IMG/VR virus record: IMGVR_UViG_2890625426_000001
Coordinates: 3,802-67,801 of that record
Direction: 5' to 3' (one strand)
Origin: a virus
Lineage: Duplodnaviria > Caudoviricetes
DNA: 64,000 nucleotides
The notes beneath the pieces are model-generated. The model saw only the letters and a program-made list of their open reading frames with translations. It was not told the origin of the DNA and ran no database searches. Position numbers and translations under genes: made by a program. Shown here piece after piece: positions 1-9,468 of the stretch. Each line of letters starts with the position of its first letter. Positions within the stretch are counted from its first letter, which is position 1.

Positions 1-3000
1 CTGGCCGCGGCCCCTGACCGTGGTGAGGCCGTACCCGAAGAGCCTGACCGTCGTGGAGCGGATGTAGCCGATGGCGCTGGTGGTCACCGTGCCCCGACCA
101 CGCAGCAGCAGTGCCGCTGCCTGGTCGCCCACCTGCAAGGACCCCCGTGCCCCGACCGTCGTCACGCCCCGTCCCCGCAACTGGACGGGGATGCGCAGCT
201 GACCGCGTCCGCTCATTTTTACGGTGCCAGTGCCGCGCAGGTAGGCCGTGAGGCGCGGGCGCCCCGACCCGGTGAGGGTCACCCTGCCCGTGCCGGCGAG
301 GGCGACGGCGTTGGGCGTGGCCGCCTTGTCGGTGTACCGCTGCATGAGTCCGGCCATGGTGGCCGAGGCCAGCGCGGCCAGGCCGGTGCCGAAGTAGGTC
401 TTGTCGGTGGTGCGCCGTGAGTACAGGTACTCCAGGCACGCCGAGGCGAAAGCCGAGTTGGACGGGTCGGCGAGGGAGGCCACACCGATGGCCTGGACGA
501 AGGCCAGGTTGTTGTAACTCTGCGTCGGCAGACCGTTCAGCTCGTACTCGGCCTTGAAGGCCGCGGGATCCCCGCCGGTCTGGCTGCGGGCGAAGGACGC
601 CAGCTTGTTAGCCGCCTTGCGCGCGAGCTCGTTGGCTACCGAGGGGAAGTTGAGGTACTCCAGCAGGACGCCCCAGGGGTGCCGGATGGCGTTATACGAC
701 CACTTGTAGGAGGCGCCGGGCACGACTTGGCCGGTCCGGGTGGACTCGTCGGGCACCATGCCGGTGGCGTAGGTGCGGTCGAAGTAGCCCTGGGCGATGG
801 GGTAGTTGGTCGCGATGAACGTCTCCCAGCGGGGGTCGCTGTCGAGGACCATGTACTCGCGCAGGTGGCCGGGGCGGAAGTAGTCGGCCATGTAGCGGTC
901 GTCGGTCTTGTTCCACTGGTCGCCGTTGAGCATCACGTGGGCCGGTGCCTGGTTGGCGGGCATGAACTCGTACGCCTTGATCGCGGCGGTCATGGCCTTG
1001 GCGGCGGCGGCGTAGTTGATCGCACCGTTGCTGCCGAAGATGCGGTCGGCGAAGATCAGACCAAGGGCGATGTCCTTGTCACCGTCGGTCGCTCCTCCCG
1101 AGCCGGTGACGTTGCCGTTCTTGTCGACCGACCAGTTCATCAGGCCGCGCACGTTGAGGTAGCGGCGGACGTAGGCCCACAGCGCGTCGAAGCGGCTCTT
1201 GGCGAGCGCGTCGTACACACCGGTAGGGAGCTGCGGGTTGCCGTAGATCGCGCAGAGGATGAGCGCGTAGCCCATGCCCTCGGACACCGTGCCCCCCTCG
1301 GTGCCTGCTGCTCCAGAGACGGGGTCGCGCTGGTCGGGGCGCTTGATGCGCATCTCACCGGGACGGCAGCCCTCGGTGGTCAGGCACAGGTCCATGAAGG
1401 CGTCGTAGATGGCCCGTGAGTACTGCCGTGCCTTGGTGACGCCCATGGACGGCGGGGCGGCGGCGTCGTACCAGTCCTTGACGATGGCTCCGGCGGTGCC
1501 CGGAGTGGGTGTCGTCGGGTTGCTCGGAGTGGTGCCCGAGTCCCGTGCGTAGATCGCCGCGGAGTCGATGGTCAGGTTGAAGGGCTGCGGGGTCGATGAC
1601 GTGCGCGCTGCGATGGGGGAGCCGGTGCCGAGCACCAGGGACATGTCCAGACCGAGCGCTCCCGCTGGCTGCTTCGAGGTGTCGCTCAGCTGCCAGGCCT
1701 TGCCTCCGTCGACGTAGAAGACGATGGCGGCGGGGGTCCACTCCACGGTGAGAGTGTGCTGCACGGTGAGGTCCAGCTGCACCGTCGACTGAGTCACCGT
1801 GGCATTGGTGTCCCGGACGTAGAAGATCACTTCGTCCGCTCCGCCGTCGCGGTGTGTGAACAGACCGATGGCGCCGTCGGCGTAGCTGGCGCTCTTCAGC
1901 TCGATCAGCGGTCCATAGCCCGGTCCCCGGTCGATCTTGGCCTTGACTTCCCAGCGGCCGTACTTCTGCAGGTTGGCTGTCTGGGTGAGGCCGCCGACGA
2001 AGTCGCCGGTGCCGATGACCTTGAGGGCGCCGTCGGCGACGATGGCGGCCTGCCCACCGGACACGGCGGGGGTGCTAATTACCGAGTTGCGGATGATGTG
2101 CTCCACTTGCGCGGGCCACACGGTGCCCGCGGGTGGCTCGGTGCCCAGGTCGGACGGGATCCAGTCGCCACCCTGGTTGTACGGGCCGTCGGACTCCCCG
2201 GGGACCTTGCACCAGATCCAGCCGTGACGGCGGCGGACGCCGTCCAGGCCGTTGGGGTTGTATCGAGATCGCGCGCCCAGGGCGATGCCGGAGGGGTTCT
2301 GCCAGTTCTGCGGGTTGGGTGGGGTCTTGGCGCCGTTGCGGGAGGTGTCGATGACGAAGCCGAGCTTGCCCTTGATCACCCCGTACTGGTTCTCCAGGAT
2401 GTCGATGGTGCCGTTGGCGTGCGCTTCGCAGTCCAGTGTCGGGCGGAAGTTCGAGATGTTTTCGTTGATGCCGTCGCAGTCGGCGACGCCGGCCTGGGCG
2501 AGCACGGCGGCCATGTCGGCGGACCCGAGCCACTGCGAGTGTCCGTTGTCGTGGTAGACGCGTGCGTTGATGCACTTCTGGCGAATGCGCGTCACCGTCC
2601 AGCGCATGAGGGTCATGCGCGCGTCGAACTCCGCTTGGCTGATGCGGCCCTCGCGGAGCATGCCGAGGACCTGCGGCAGACCGTCGGGCTCCAGCAGGAT
2701 GACGGTGTAGGCGTTGCCGATGGCGTCCAGCTGCTCGTCGATCCACTGCTTGTACTGCGCCTCGTTGGCGGCCCCGCCGGCCGCCGCGCCCCCGTAGTCG
2801 CGGCTGACGATGTTGTAGAAGATGAAGACGTTGCGCTGCCCCAGCGCTGTGGCCGCCTCCACGACGCGCCGCGTGATCCCGGACCCCAGCGGGATCCAGT
2901 CGACCGCGAGCCACTTGGCTCCCGGGGTGGCGACGATGTAGTCGACGCCCGACACGATGACGGGATCACTGAACTGACTGCGGATGGTGCCGACGGTGTT

Positions 3001-5037
3001 GTCCGGGTCCGCCCACAGGTGCCAGCCGTCGGTGGCCGGCTGACTGCTGCCACCCCCGGCGCCGTTGCTGTAGGGGCGCCAGCGGTTGGTGTTGAGCGAA
3101 GATCCGGTGAAGTCGTCGAAGTCGACGAGGGAGAAGCCGCTGGGCGCCGTGGGTGTGGTCGGCGTCGGAGTGGTGGGCTGCTCCACCTCCGGAATCGTCG
3201 GCGCCGTGGTGGTCCCGGCCAGTCCGGGCTGCATGATGCCCGCTGCCAGCATGGAGGCCATGGCGGCGGTGGAGACGCTGAAGTAGTTCTGCTCGTTGTC
3301 GTTGGCCAGCCAGGTCATCCCGTCGGCTGTCCACTGCGACAGGCTTGAGTCGGTCAGCCCACCGATCGTGTACGCCTGCATGTAGGTGGCGTTGATGTAC
3401 GGGGTGCCGTTGCCGCCGACGTAGGAGTAGTCCATGGCAGGTTCGGCCTGCTGGGCGGCCACGTTGCCGTTGGCGCGCTCCTTCTGCTTCGTCGCCAGGC
3501 GCATGGGCATGTTCTTGGCCAGTGCGTCAGTGTTGGGGCCGTTCCAGACATAGTCGGCCGTGATGCGCCAGGGGTAGCGCGTGTTGTTGTAGCCGAACTT
3601 GGCCTCGCCGCTGGGGGAGCCGTCTTCCTTGATGTCGGTCTGCAGACCGTAGGGGTTGGACTTCGCGCCGCTGTAGAAGGTGCCCAGCGCGAGCGGGAAG
3701 TTCCTGGCGATGATGTCCAGCCAGCGGGAGTCCCCCGTGTGCCGGTAGAACTCGCGGAACCAGCCCGGTGCGAAGTAGTCGGGGTAGTAGCTGTAGCCGA
3801 CGGACTCGTAGCCCCAGTAGTCACCGTTGACGTAGAGGTTGCCGCGACTGCTGTAGCTGAGCGGGATGATCTCCTTGGCGAGGATGGCGTTGATGTACTT
3901 CGTCGCCTCGGCGCCGTAGTCGATGCCCGTCGCGTTGCCCCACAGGCGCGAGGCCCACACGAGCGCGAGGGCGATGTCGAAGTCGCCGTCGCTGGCGCCG
4001 CCGCTGCCGCGCTTGGTGCCGTCGGGCCCGATGTACCAGTGCATCAGGCCGTTCTCGTCCAGGTAGTACTTCACGTATCGCCAGAAGCGGTCGAACCAGG
4101 TCTTGGCCTCAGGGTCGTAGATGCCGGACCCGAGTTGGGAGTTGCCGAAGCCGACGGTGGCGAGCATGCCGTAGCCCATGCCCTCGGACACCGTGCAGTT
4201 ACGGACGTTCTCACCCCCGAAGCCCTGATCGGGTGCGTAGACACGAGCCATGCCGGCGGTTGGGACGCCGCTGGTGGTCCAGGTGAAGGCCTTGAACTTG
4301 TCGTAGCGGTTGCGGGCCTGCTGGCGCAGCAGCGCGAGGCTGGCGTTGGGTCGGACGCCGTAGGGGTACCAGTCGGCCAGGGTGATCCCGGTGCCCGCTG
4401 CCCCGGAGCCTCCCGAAGACCCATCGGTGCTGCCGGTGGACCCGCCGCCAGTAGCGGTCACGGCGTTGTCCCACGTCGACACGCTCGCGTGCCGGGTGCC
4501 TGTCCACGCGTACGTGTTGCCCGGGGTGTTGATCGTTGGCGCTACGTCTGGGGTGTCCCCATCGAAGTAAGGCTGCACTGCCGTACCTGCAGAAAGCACG
4601 AAGTTGGTGAACCACACGCAGCCGTGGCTGGTGACGCCGTATGACCCGAGGCCGAAGCTGATCTCGATGCTCTGCCGAGACGACAGGGTGAAGGTGAGAG
4701 AGTCTCGCGTCCACGGCCGGTTGGCGGTGTAGTGGCGCTGGCCGTAGACGGTGGACGCTGTGTTGCGCACGTACAGGTGGCCGTTCTCCACCAGGCCGTT
4801 GGTCTGCGCCTCCCAGCGCAGGGTGTACGTGCCTGCATCAAGCTGGCCGCGGAAGACGAAGGCTCCGGCATCGCCGGACTGGCCGTCGTAGAAGAACAGC
4901 TTGTAGGTGGTGCCGCCGTTCGGCCCCTCGGTGGGTTGGCGCTCCAGCTTGAAGTTGTTGTTCCCGCCGTGAGTGACAAGACCGGCGAGGTTCAGGCCCG
5001 CCCTCGGGTTGGGGATGAGGTTACGGACAATTGGCAC
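1..5037 (-). CDS. Giant multi-glycoside-hydrolase tail fibre/virion protein (CBM-like, GH8, GH16-like split by GH6, GH8, RGxG-repeat region); 3' end beyond the window
   Basis: Hand translation from GTG at 5037 is open to position 1 (1679 codons). GH8 motifs occur twice: TVSEGMGYG/ASDGDFDIA at about 4190/3990 and TVSEGMGYA/ATDGDKDIA at about 1285/1090. GH6 motifs: LEPDGL, GHSQW, DTSRNG, KVPGESDG. GH16-like strands: DFDDFTGSSLNTNRW, KYGRWEVKAK, EWTPAAIVFYVDG. Pro/Thr linkers separate the domains. The gene directly follows the baseplate genes. Confidence 0.9.
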   Translation of the reverse strand, partial: MPIVRNLIPNPRAGLNLAGLVTHGGNNNFKLERQPTEGPNGGTTYKLFFYDGQSGDAGAFVFRGQLDAGTYTLRWEAQTNGLVENGHLYVRNTASTVYGQRHYTANRPWTRDSLTFTLSSRQSIEISFGLGSYGVTSHGCVWFTNFVLSAGTAVQPYFDGDTPDVAPTINTPGNTYAWTGTRHASVSTWDNAVTATGGGSTGSTDGSSGGSGAAGTGITLADWYPYGVRPNASLALLRQQARNRYDKFKAFTWTTSGVPTAGMARVYAPDQGFGGENVRNCTVSEGMGYGMLATVGFGNSQLGSGIYDPEAKTWFDRFWRYVKYYLDENGLMHWYIGPDGTKRGSGGASDGDFDIALALVWASRLWGNATGIDYGAEATKYINAILAKEIIPLSYSSRGNLYVNGDYWGYESVGYSYYPDYFAPGWFREFYRHTGDSRWLDIIARNFPLALGTFYSGAKSNPYGLQTDIKEDGSPSGEAKFGYNNTRYPWRITADYVWNGPNTDALAKNMPMRLATKQKERANGNVAAQQAEPAMDYSYVGGNGTPYINATYMQAYTIGGLTDSSLSQWTADGMTWLANDNEQNYFSVSTAAMASMLAAGIMQPGLAGTTTAPTIPEVEQPTTPTPTTPTAPSGFSLVDFDDFTGSSLNTNRWRPYSNGAGGGSSQPATDGWHLWADPDNTVGTIRSQFSDPVIVSGVDYIVATPGAKWLAVDWIPLGSGITRRVVEAATALGQRNVFIFYNIVSRDYGGAAAGGAANEAQYKQWIDEQLDAIGNAYTVILLEPDGLPQVLGMLREGRISQAEFDARMTLMRWTVTRIRQKCINARVYHDNGHSQWLGSADMAAVLAQAGVADCDGINENISNFRPTLDCEAHANGTIDILENQYGVIKGKLGFVIDTSRNGAKTPPNPQNWQNPSGIALGARSRYNPNGLDGVRRRHGWIWCKVPGESDGPYNQGGDWIPSDLGTEPPAGTVWPAQVEHIIRNSVISTPAVSGGQAAIVADGALKVIGTGDFVGGLTQTANLQKYGRWEVKAKIDRGPGYGPLIELKSASYADGAIGLFTHRDGGADEVIFYVRDTNATVTQSTVQLDLTVQHTLTVEWTPAAIVFYVDGGKAWQLSDTSKQPAGALGLDMSLVLGTGSPIAARTSSTPQPFNLTIDSAAIYARDSGTTPSNPTTPTPGTAGAIVKDWYDAAAPPSMGVTKARQYSRAIYDAFMDLCLTTEGCRPGEMRIKRPDQRDPVSGAAGTEGGTVSEGMGYALILCAIYGNPQLPTGVYDALAKSRFDALWAYVRRYLNVRGLMNWSVDKNGNVTGSGGATDGDKDIALGLIFADRIFGSNGAINYAAAAKAMTAAIKAYEFMPANQAPAHVMLNGDQWNKTDDRYMADYFRPGHLREYMVLDSDPRWETFIATNYPIAQGYFDRTYATGMVPDESTRTGQVVPGASYKWSYNAIRHPWGVLLEYLNFPSVANELARKAANKLASFARSQTGGDPAAFKAEYELNGLPTQSYNNLAFVQAIGVASLADPSNSAFASACLEYLYSRRTTDKTYFGTGLAALASATMAGLMQRYTDKAATPNAVALAGTGRVTLTGSGRPRLTAYLRGTGTVKMSGRGQLRIPVQLRGRGVTTVGARGSLQVGDQAAALLLRGRGTVTTSAIGYIRSTTVRLFGYGLTTVRGRGQ

Positions 5038-5047
5038 AGCGCCCCAA

Positions 5048-5452
5048 TTACTCCGACTCGAAGATCAGCGCGCCTGCAGGCCAGATCACCGGCTGGTTGG
5101 CCGGGATATCGATTCCCCCACCCGGGAAAAGGTGCGCTTCCAGGATGATGCCCGTGCCGGTCTGCGCCGTGTTGGTGCCCCATCCCTTGGCGTTGCCCCA
5201 GGAGGCCGTGCTGGTGCCCTGGTTGATGTCGCTGGTGTTAGCAACGAGGCCGGTGCCGTTGGGTGTCGGGAAGGCTGAGCTGACGTTGACGCGGTTGTAG
5301 CCGCCGCCGGCAACCTCCACGCCACCCGTTCCGTCTTCGTTGGGCATGACGGTAAAGATCATCAGCCAGGGGGTGATCGGCAGTGTGATGCTGAGCGGTT
5401 TTCCGAGGCGGAGCTTCAGGATTTCGTTCTCTAGGAAGTTGAGTGCAGACAC
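5048..5452 (-). CDS. Phage tail fibre/baseplate-associated protein
   Basis: Probable GTG start (VSALNFLENEILK...EVAGGGYNRV...ASWG...AGALIF), a pattern common in small phage tail-fibre adaptor proteins. Lies between baseplate J and the giant fibre gene. Confidence 0.7.
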   Translation of the reverse strand: MSALNFLENEILKLRLGKPLSITLPITPWLMIFTVMPNEDGTGGVEVAGGGYNRVNVSSAFPTPNGTGLVANTSDINQGTSTASWGNAKGWGTNTAQTGTGIILEAHLFPGGGIDIPANQPVIWPAGALIFESE

Positions 5453-5456
5453 GGGC

Positions 5457-6584
5457 TCAGCCTTGTTCGACGGTGATGTTGACGGTGCCAGCCTGCACAA
5501 GTGCGGCGACACCCTCCAGAAAGATGTTATCGGTGGGGTTCACGAGAGCATCGACATAGTCGACGCCCGGGACATTGGAAAGGAGCTGGACCAGCTCGTT
5601 GTAACGGACCACCACGTCCCAGTCCCATGAGGCGGGGCTGAGGTAGGAGCGCACAGCAGCAGCGGCGTCCGCGCGCACGGCCTCCACGTCGAAGCCGGGG
5701 AAGGCCTTCAGGGTGGCTGTCACATCGACCGTGGTGATCGACGGGTTGATCGCGTAGACGACGAAGTTGGCCTCTCGCTGTGACTCGAGCAGCGCAGTCA
5801 CGGCATTGCGGACGACCGTGCCGACCGGGTTCCCCGCAGGATCGACCACGGCGACCGAGATGGTCCGCTCGTTGTCCATCCGGCCGTTGGCCGGGCTGTA
5901 GCCGTCGATGGCGAAGGCGCGATCCACTCCCGGCACATCGAGCGCGAGCGTGGCGAAGTCTTGCGGAACGATGGGCCGCGGGGCCAGCAGCTTGAGGCGG
6001 GCCTGGAGGCGGTTGAGGTACTCGGCGTCGGTCTCCGCGTCCTCACCGCCCACCGGCAGGGTGGTCGATGTGACGGACTTGACGAAGGTCAGGGCGTCCA
6101 TGAGCTGCAGGGGCCCGATCGGCAGGTTGTTGTACGCCTCGCCCGGCTGGACCGACTCCACGTTGATGTACACCTGCGAGAAGCCCGCCGGCACCGTAGC
6201 GGTGCTGAGGGTGCGGAAGAAGGCGAAGGTGTTGTTGCCGAGCGCGTAGCCGATGAGGGTGCCACCGGGGATGGAGTACCCCGAGTCGTCGGTGACCTCC
6301 CAGCTGGTCCGCATCCGGGCGTACGCGGCGTCCACGGGCGGGACGTTGAGCATGGTGCGCCCGAAGTCCCGGTAGATGCTCCGCGGGACCCGGCTGGCCA
6401 CGTCTCGGTTCTCCGCGATGGCGCGGCAGATGACCTCGATCATGGCCACGTCGAGCTGCCCCTCACGGGGTACCCAATCGGGGAAGACCGCAGCCATCGC
6501 TTGCAGGGTGCGGGCCGCCAAGGCGCTGGAGTCGGTACTGAGGGCGGTGAAGGCGCCGTCGTCGCCTACGTCGATGTAGCTCAC
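5457..6584 (-). CDS. Baseplate J/gp47-like wedge protein
   Basis: GGEDAETDAEYLNRL, DFATLALDVPGVDRA and LLSNVPGVDYV motifs; synteny. Confidence 0.9.
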   Translation of the reverse strand: MSYIDVGDDGAFTALSTDSSALAARTLQAMAAVFPDWVPREGQLDVAMIEVICRAIAENRDVASRVPRSIYRDFGRTMLNVPPVDAAYARMRTSWEVTDDSGYSIPGGTLIGYALGNNTFAFFRTLSTATVPAGFSQVYINVESVQPGEAYNNLPIGPLQLMDALTFVKSVTSTTLPVGGEDAETDAEYLNRLQARLKLLAPRPIVPQDFATLALDVPGVDRAFAIDGYSPANGRMDNERTISVAVVDPAGNPVGTVVRNAVTALLESQREANFVVYAINPSITTVDVTATLKAFPGFDVEAVRADAAAAVRSYLSPASWDWDVVVRYNELVQLLSNVPGVDYVDALVNPTDNIFLEGVAALVQAGTVNITVEQG

Positions 6585-7057
6585 AGCTGGTCCCAGGTCA
6601 TGCCCATGTCGTTCCAGGTCAGGGTGCCCAACCCGTTCCAGGTGACGCCGACGGGCAGCGAGCCATCGTCTTCGCCGTCATCGGGGACGCTCGGCGTCGG
6701 GGTGGTGATGGCGATCCCTCCGCCTGGGGTGTCCAATACCTCGATCAGAGGCCGAACGCTGACGGTCACCCGCCGGATCGACGGGTCGATGGAGTCGACA
6801 GCGGAGTCCAGGGTCACCTCCGCCCGCGGCTCCCAGTCGCCGAGCTCGTTGGCGATGGTGTCCAGCGCTTCCTGCGCCGGAGCACCGAAGGCCATGTCGG
6901 GAATGCCGAATGTCGGTGCCTCCAGACGGTGCCCCTGGGGAGTGCCCATGTACGTGGCCACGCACTGGCTGATGTCCTCGTAGGAGTCCTGCTCCACCAC
7001 CGCAGCGCTGCCGCCGAGGCCTATCTGGAAAGGAACGCGCAGGTGAGGGATCGCCAT
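6581..7057 (-). CDS. Baseplate wedge GPW/gp25-like protein
   Basis: PF...GTPQGHRLEAPTFGI...WEPRAEV motif. Confidence 0.85.
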   Translation of the reverse strand: MAIPHLRVPFQIGLGGSAAVVEQDSYEDISQCVATYMGTPQGHRLEAPTFGIPDMAFGAPAQEALDTIANELGDWEPRAEVTLDSAVDSIDPSIRRVTVSVRPLIEVLDTPGGGIAITTPTPSVPDDGEDDGSLPVGVTWNGLGTLTWNDMGMTWDQL

Positions 7058-7061
7058 ACGG

Positions 7062-7340
7062 TCACGACTTTACTTGCCAGCCGATCAACCAGGCGGGATT
7101 GCTTTCGCTGCCGGTGAAGATGACCAGGCATTGGTCGCCGGGCTGAGGTGGCTGGTCGCTGCGAGTGAAGGGCATCGGGCCGAAGAAGAAGTCGGGAGAG
7201 AAGCCATCGAGCGTGACCCGCGCAGTCGTGGCGGTCACGTCCAAGACTGTTCCGGACACCGGGCCGATGGGTCGTGACCGCTTGCTCTTGTTGGCACCGC
7301 CGGACAGGTAGGTGGTGAAGGCATCGCCGAGGTCGCTCAT
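7062..7340 (-). CDS. Small baseplate spike/OB-fold protein
   Basis: GTVLDV...PQPGDQCLVIF...AWLIG resembles the gpV/gp5 N-terminal OB fold; synteny. Confidence 0.65.
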   Translation of the reverse strand: MSDLGDAFTTYLSGGANKSKRSRPIGPVSGTVLDVTATTARVTLDGFSPDFFFGPMPFTRSDQPPQPGDQCLVIFTGSESNPAWLIGWQVKS

Positions 7341-8821
7341 TCGCTCCCCAGAAGCAGTAGCGGAAGCGGGTTCACTGGCGACCCCAGCTTGCGGATCTCA
7401 AAATGCAAATGCACCCCAGTAGCGGTGCCGGTCTGCCCGGCACCGCCGATGATGTCGCCCTTCTTGACCGCCATGCCGTTGCGGCACCGGATCCGGTTCA
7501 GGTGCCCGTACCGGGTCTCGTAGACGAGCGGGCCTGCGGCCTTGGTGCCGTTGTGCTTGATGTAGACGACGTTGCCGTAGCCGCTTTGCTGGCCGGCGAA
7601 GGTCACCACGCCATCGTGGCTGGCCGTGACGGCCTGGTTGAGGCTGGCGTTGATGTCGATGCCCTGGTGCTGGGAGCTGGCGCCCTTGGTGGGGCTGGAG
7701 CGTGCACCGAAGCCCGAGTTGATGCGGTGGTCACCGCCGATGGGCCAGGCCCAGAAGTTGGAGGTCGGTGCTCCCGCACCCCCGGTGACGGTGGTCCCGG
7801 CGCCACCACCGGCCAGGTTGGCGAAGTAGTTGGCATCCAGGCCTGCCTCGGCCGCGCCTGCGGCTGGCTCGGGTGGCGGGTCAGGCTCGGGCAGCTCGGG
7901 CTCGGGGAACTTGATGGTGACCGAAGACTGCTCGGCGAACAGGTCGCGCTCGATCTGGGAGACGAACCACTTGCCGTCGGCGGGTCCGAGGTCGAACAGC
8001 TCCACGGTCGTGCCGGCGGGGGAGTCCCAGCGGCTGGTGATCAAGTCGTAGGTGCCCTCGGACATGGGCTTGCCCACGTCCCAGTCGAAGTTGACGAAGC
8101 CGATGCCTGCGGAGAACTCGCGCACGTCGTAGACGGCGGGACCATTGACGTAGGCGGAGTCCGGGCCGAGGTTGAGGGTGCCCTTGTCGACGTAGCACCG
8201 CCAGTTGATCTCGGCGAACCAGCGCTTGATCGCTGTCCAGGTGTCCTCACGGTTGTCGTCGGTGATCTCGGATGCCTTCTCCCGCGACGTGGCGGGTATC
8301 CGGGAGGCCCCACCGGAGAAGTAGTCCTCGACGATGCCCGAGGCAGGTTCGGAGCTGCTGGTCTCAGTGGCCACGGCGGTCAAGGTGCCGCGGGCTAGCT
8401 CGGTCTTGACCCGCTCGGTGTTGTTGTTCGACACCGCCACGACTGCCCACGGGATCTCGCTCATGAGCTCGCGCGCCGCCTCCACGCGGGTGACGCTGCC
8501 CGCGGCGAACTTCCGCGGCTCGTTGTGCCGACGCATCTCGGCAACCAGCAGGTCCTCCATGGTCAAGGTCAGGCTGTCACCGTCCTTGTCCACCCCGGCT
8601 AGCTCAAAGGAGTGGTCATCAACCTGCGCTGTGATGCGCTTGGAGAGCATCCCGGACTTCAGCAGCGTCCGCTCCGGGTCGAAGATCCGCAGGCTGAGCG
8701 TCGATGCTCCGTCCGTGGTGCGGGTCACCGAGGCGGACTCCACGTTGCGCCCGATGTCGGCGACCTGGCCGCCGTCGGCAATGAGCGTCATGCCGTCGGG
8801 TAGGAAGTTGAGGTCCTCCAT
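7337..8821 (-). CDS. Baseplate hub (gpD-like) fused to an M23 peptidoglycan endopeptidase
   Basis: C-terminal HQGIDI, GYGNVVYIKH, YGHL and TGVHLHFE M23 motifs; N-terminal hub-like region; Pro/Gly linker. Confidence 0.88.
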   Translation of the reverse strand: MEDLNFLPDGMTLIADGGQVADIGRNVESASVTRTTDGASTLSLRIFDPERTLLKSGMLSKRITAQVDDHSFELAGVDKDGDSLTLTMEDLLVAEMRRHNEPRKFAAGSVTRVEAARELMSEIPWAVVAVSNNNTERVKTELARGTLTAVATETSSSEPASGIVEDYFSGGASRIPATSREKASEITDDNREDTWTAIKRWFAEINWRCYVDKGTLNLGPDSAYVNGPAVYDVREFSAGIGFVNFDWDVGKPMSEGTYDLITSRWDSPAGTTVELFDLGPADGKWFVSQIERDLFAEQSSVTIKFPEPELPEPDPPPEPAAGAAEAGLDANYFANLAGGGAGTTVTGGAGAPTSNFWAWPIGGDHRINSGFGARSSPTKGASSQHQGIDINASLNQAVTASHDGVVTFAGQQSGYGNVVYIKHNGTKAAGPLVYETRYGHLNRIRCRNGMAVKKGDIIGGAGQTGTATGVHLHFEIRKLGSPVNPLPLLLLGSE

Positions 8822-9468
8822 CAGGCAGGCACCTTGAGGACTTGGCCCACCTTGAGGCTTCGCGGATCACGGACGCCCGACGCGTTGGCAATGTCCTGCC
8901 ACCGGGCTGAGGAGCCGTACATCTTCTGCGCGATGCCGCTCAGGGTGTCCCCGGCCTTCACGGTGTACGTGCGCTCCCCGCCCGACGATCCGGTCGATGC
9001 TGCCGCTGGCGGTGCTGCAGCTGCCGCGGGGGAGCTGTTGTGCACGACGACCTGAGGCGCGTTGTGCTGGCGGAAGGTCAGCGTCATGGACTGACGACAC
9101 CTTCGCCCGTCGTCGCGGTACTCGTCGTCGTCCTGGTACTCGATGCCCACAAGAATCCAGGCGAGGTCGGTGCGCTTGACGTTGGGGCCGGCGAGGCGCA
9201 GCACGTCGGGGATCTTGGGCGTGGGGATGCGCCGGTCCTCGATCAGCTTGATGATCGGCTCGATGTCGCCGTCGGGGTACTGGTCGATGGCCACGTCGAT
9301 GGTCTGCTCGAACAGCTCCACGCCCGAGAAGTGGGTGTAGGCGTACGTGCGGGGACGGTCGATAGAGTCCCACACGGCGCCGCCAGCACTGATGTACGGC
9401 GCTCGCTCGCCCAGGTCCACGGAGATGACGAACGGGCCAGTGGCCAGGAAGATGCCCAGCTTGCTCAT
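8821..9468 (-). CDS. Tail tube initiator-like protein with C-terminal LysM domain
   Basis: YTVKAGDTLSGIAQKMYGSSARWQDIANAS...LKVGQVLKVP is a LysM domain; follows the tape measure gene. Confidence 0.88.
   Translation of the reverse strand: MSKLGIFLATGPFVISVDLGERAPYISAGGAVWDSIDRPRTYAYTHFSGVELFEQTIDVAIDQYPDGDIEPIIKLIEDRRIPTPKIPDVLRLAGPNVKRTDLAWILVGIEYQDDDEYRDDGRRCRQSMTLTFRQHNAPQVVVHNSSPAAAAAPPAAASTGSSGGERTYTVKAGDTLSGIAQKMYGSSARWQDIANASGVRDPRSLKVGQVLKVPA

Noticed and set aside
679-4644. Long plus-strand ORFs (679-1419, 1756-3348, 3739-4644)
   Set aside because: Antisense shadows of the giant minus-strand gene, expected in high-GC DNA; no motifs.
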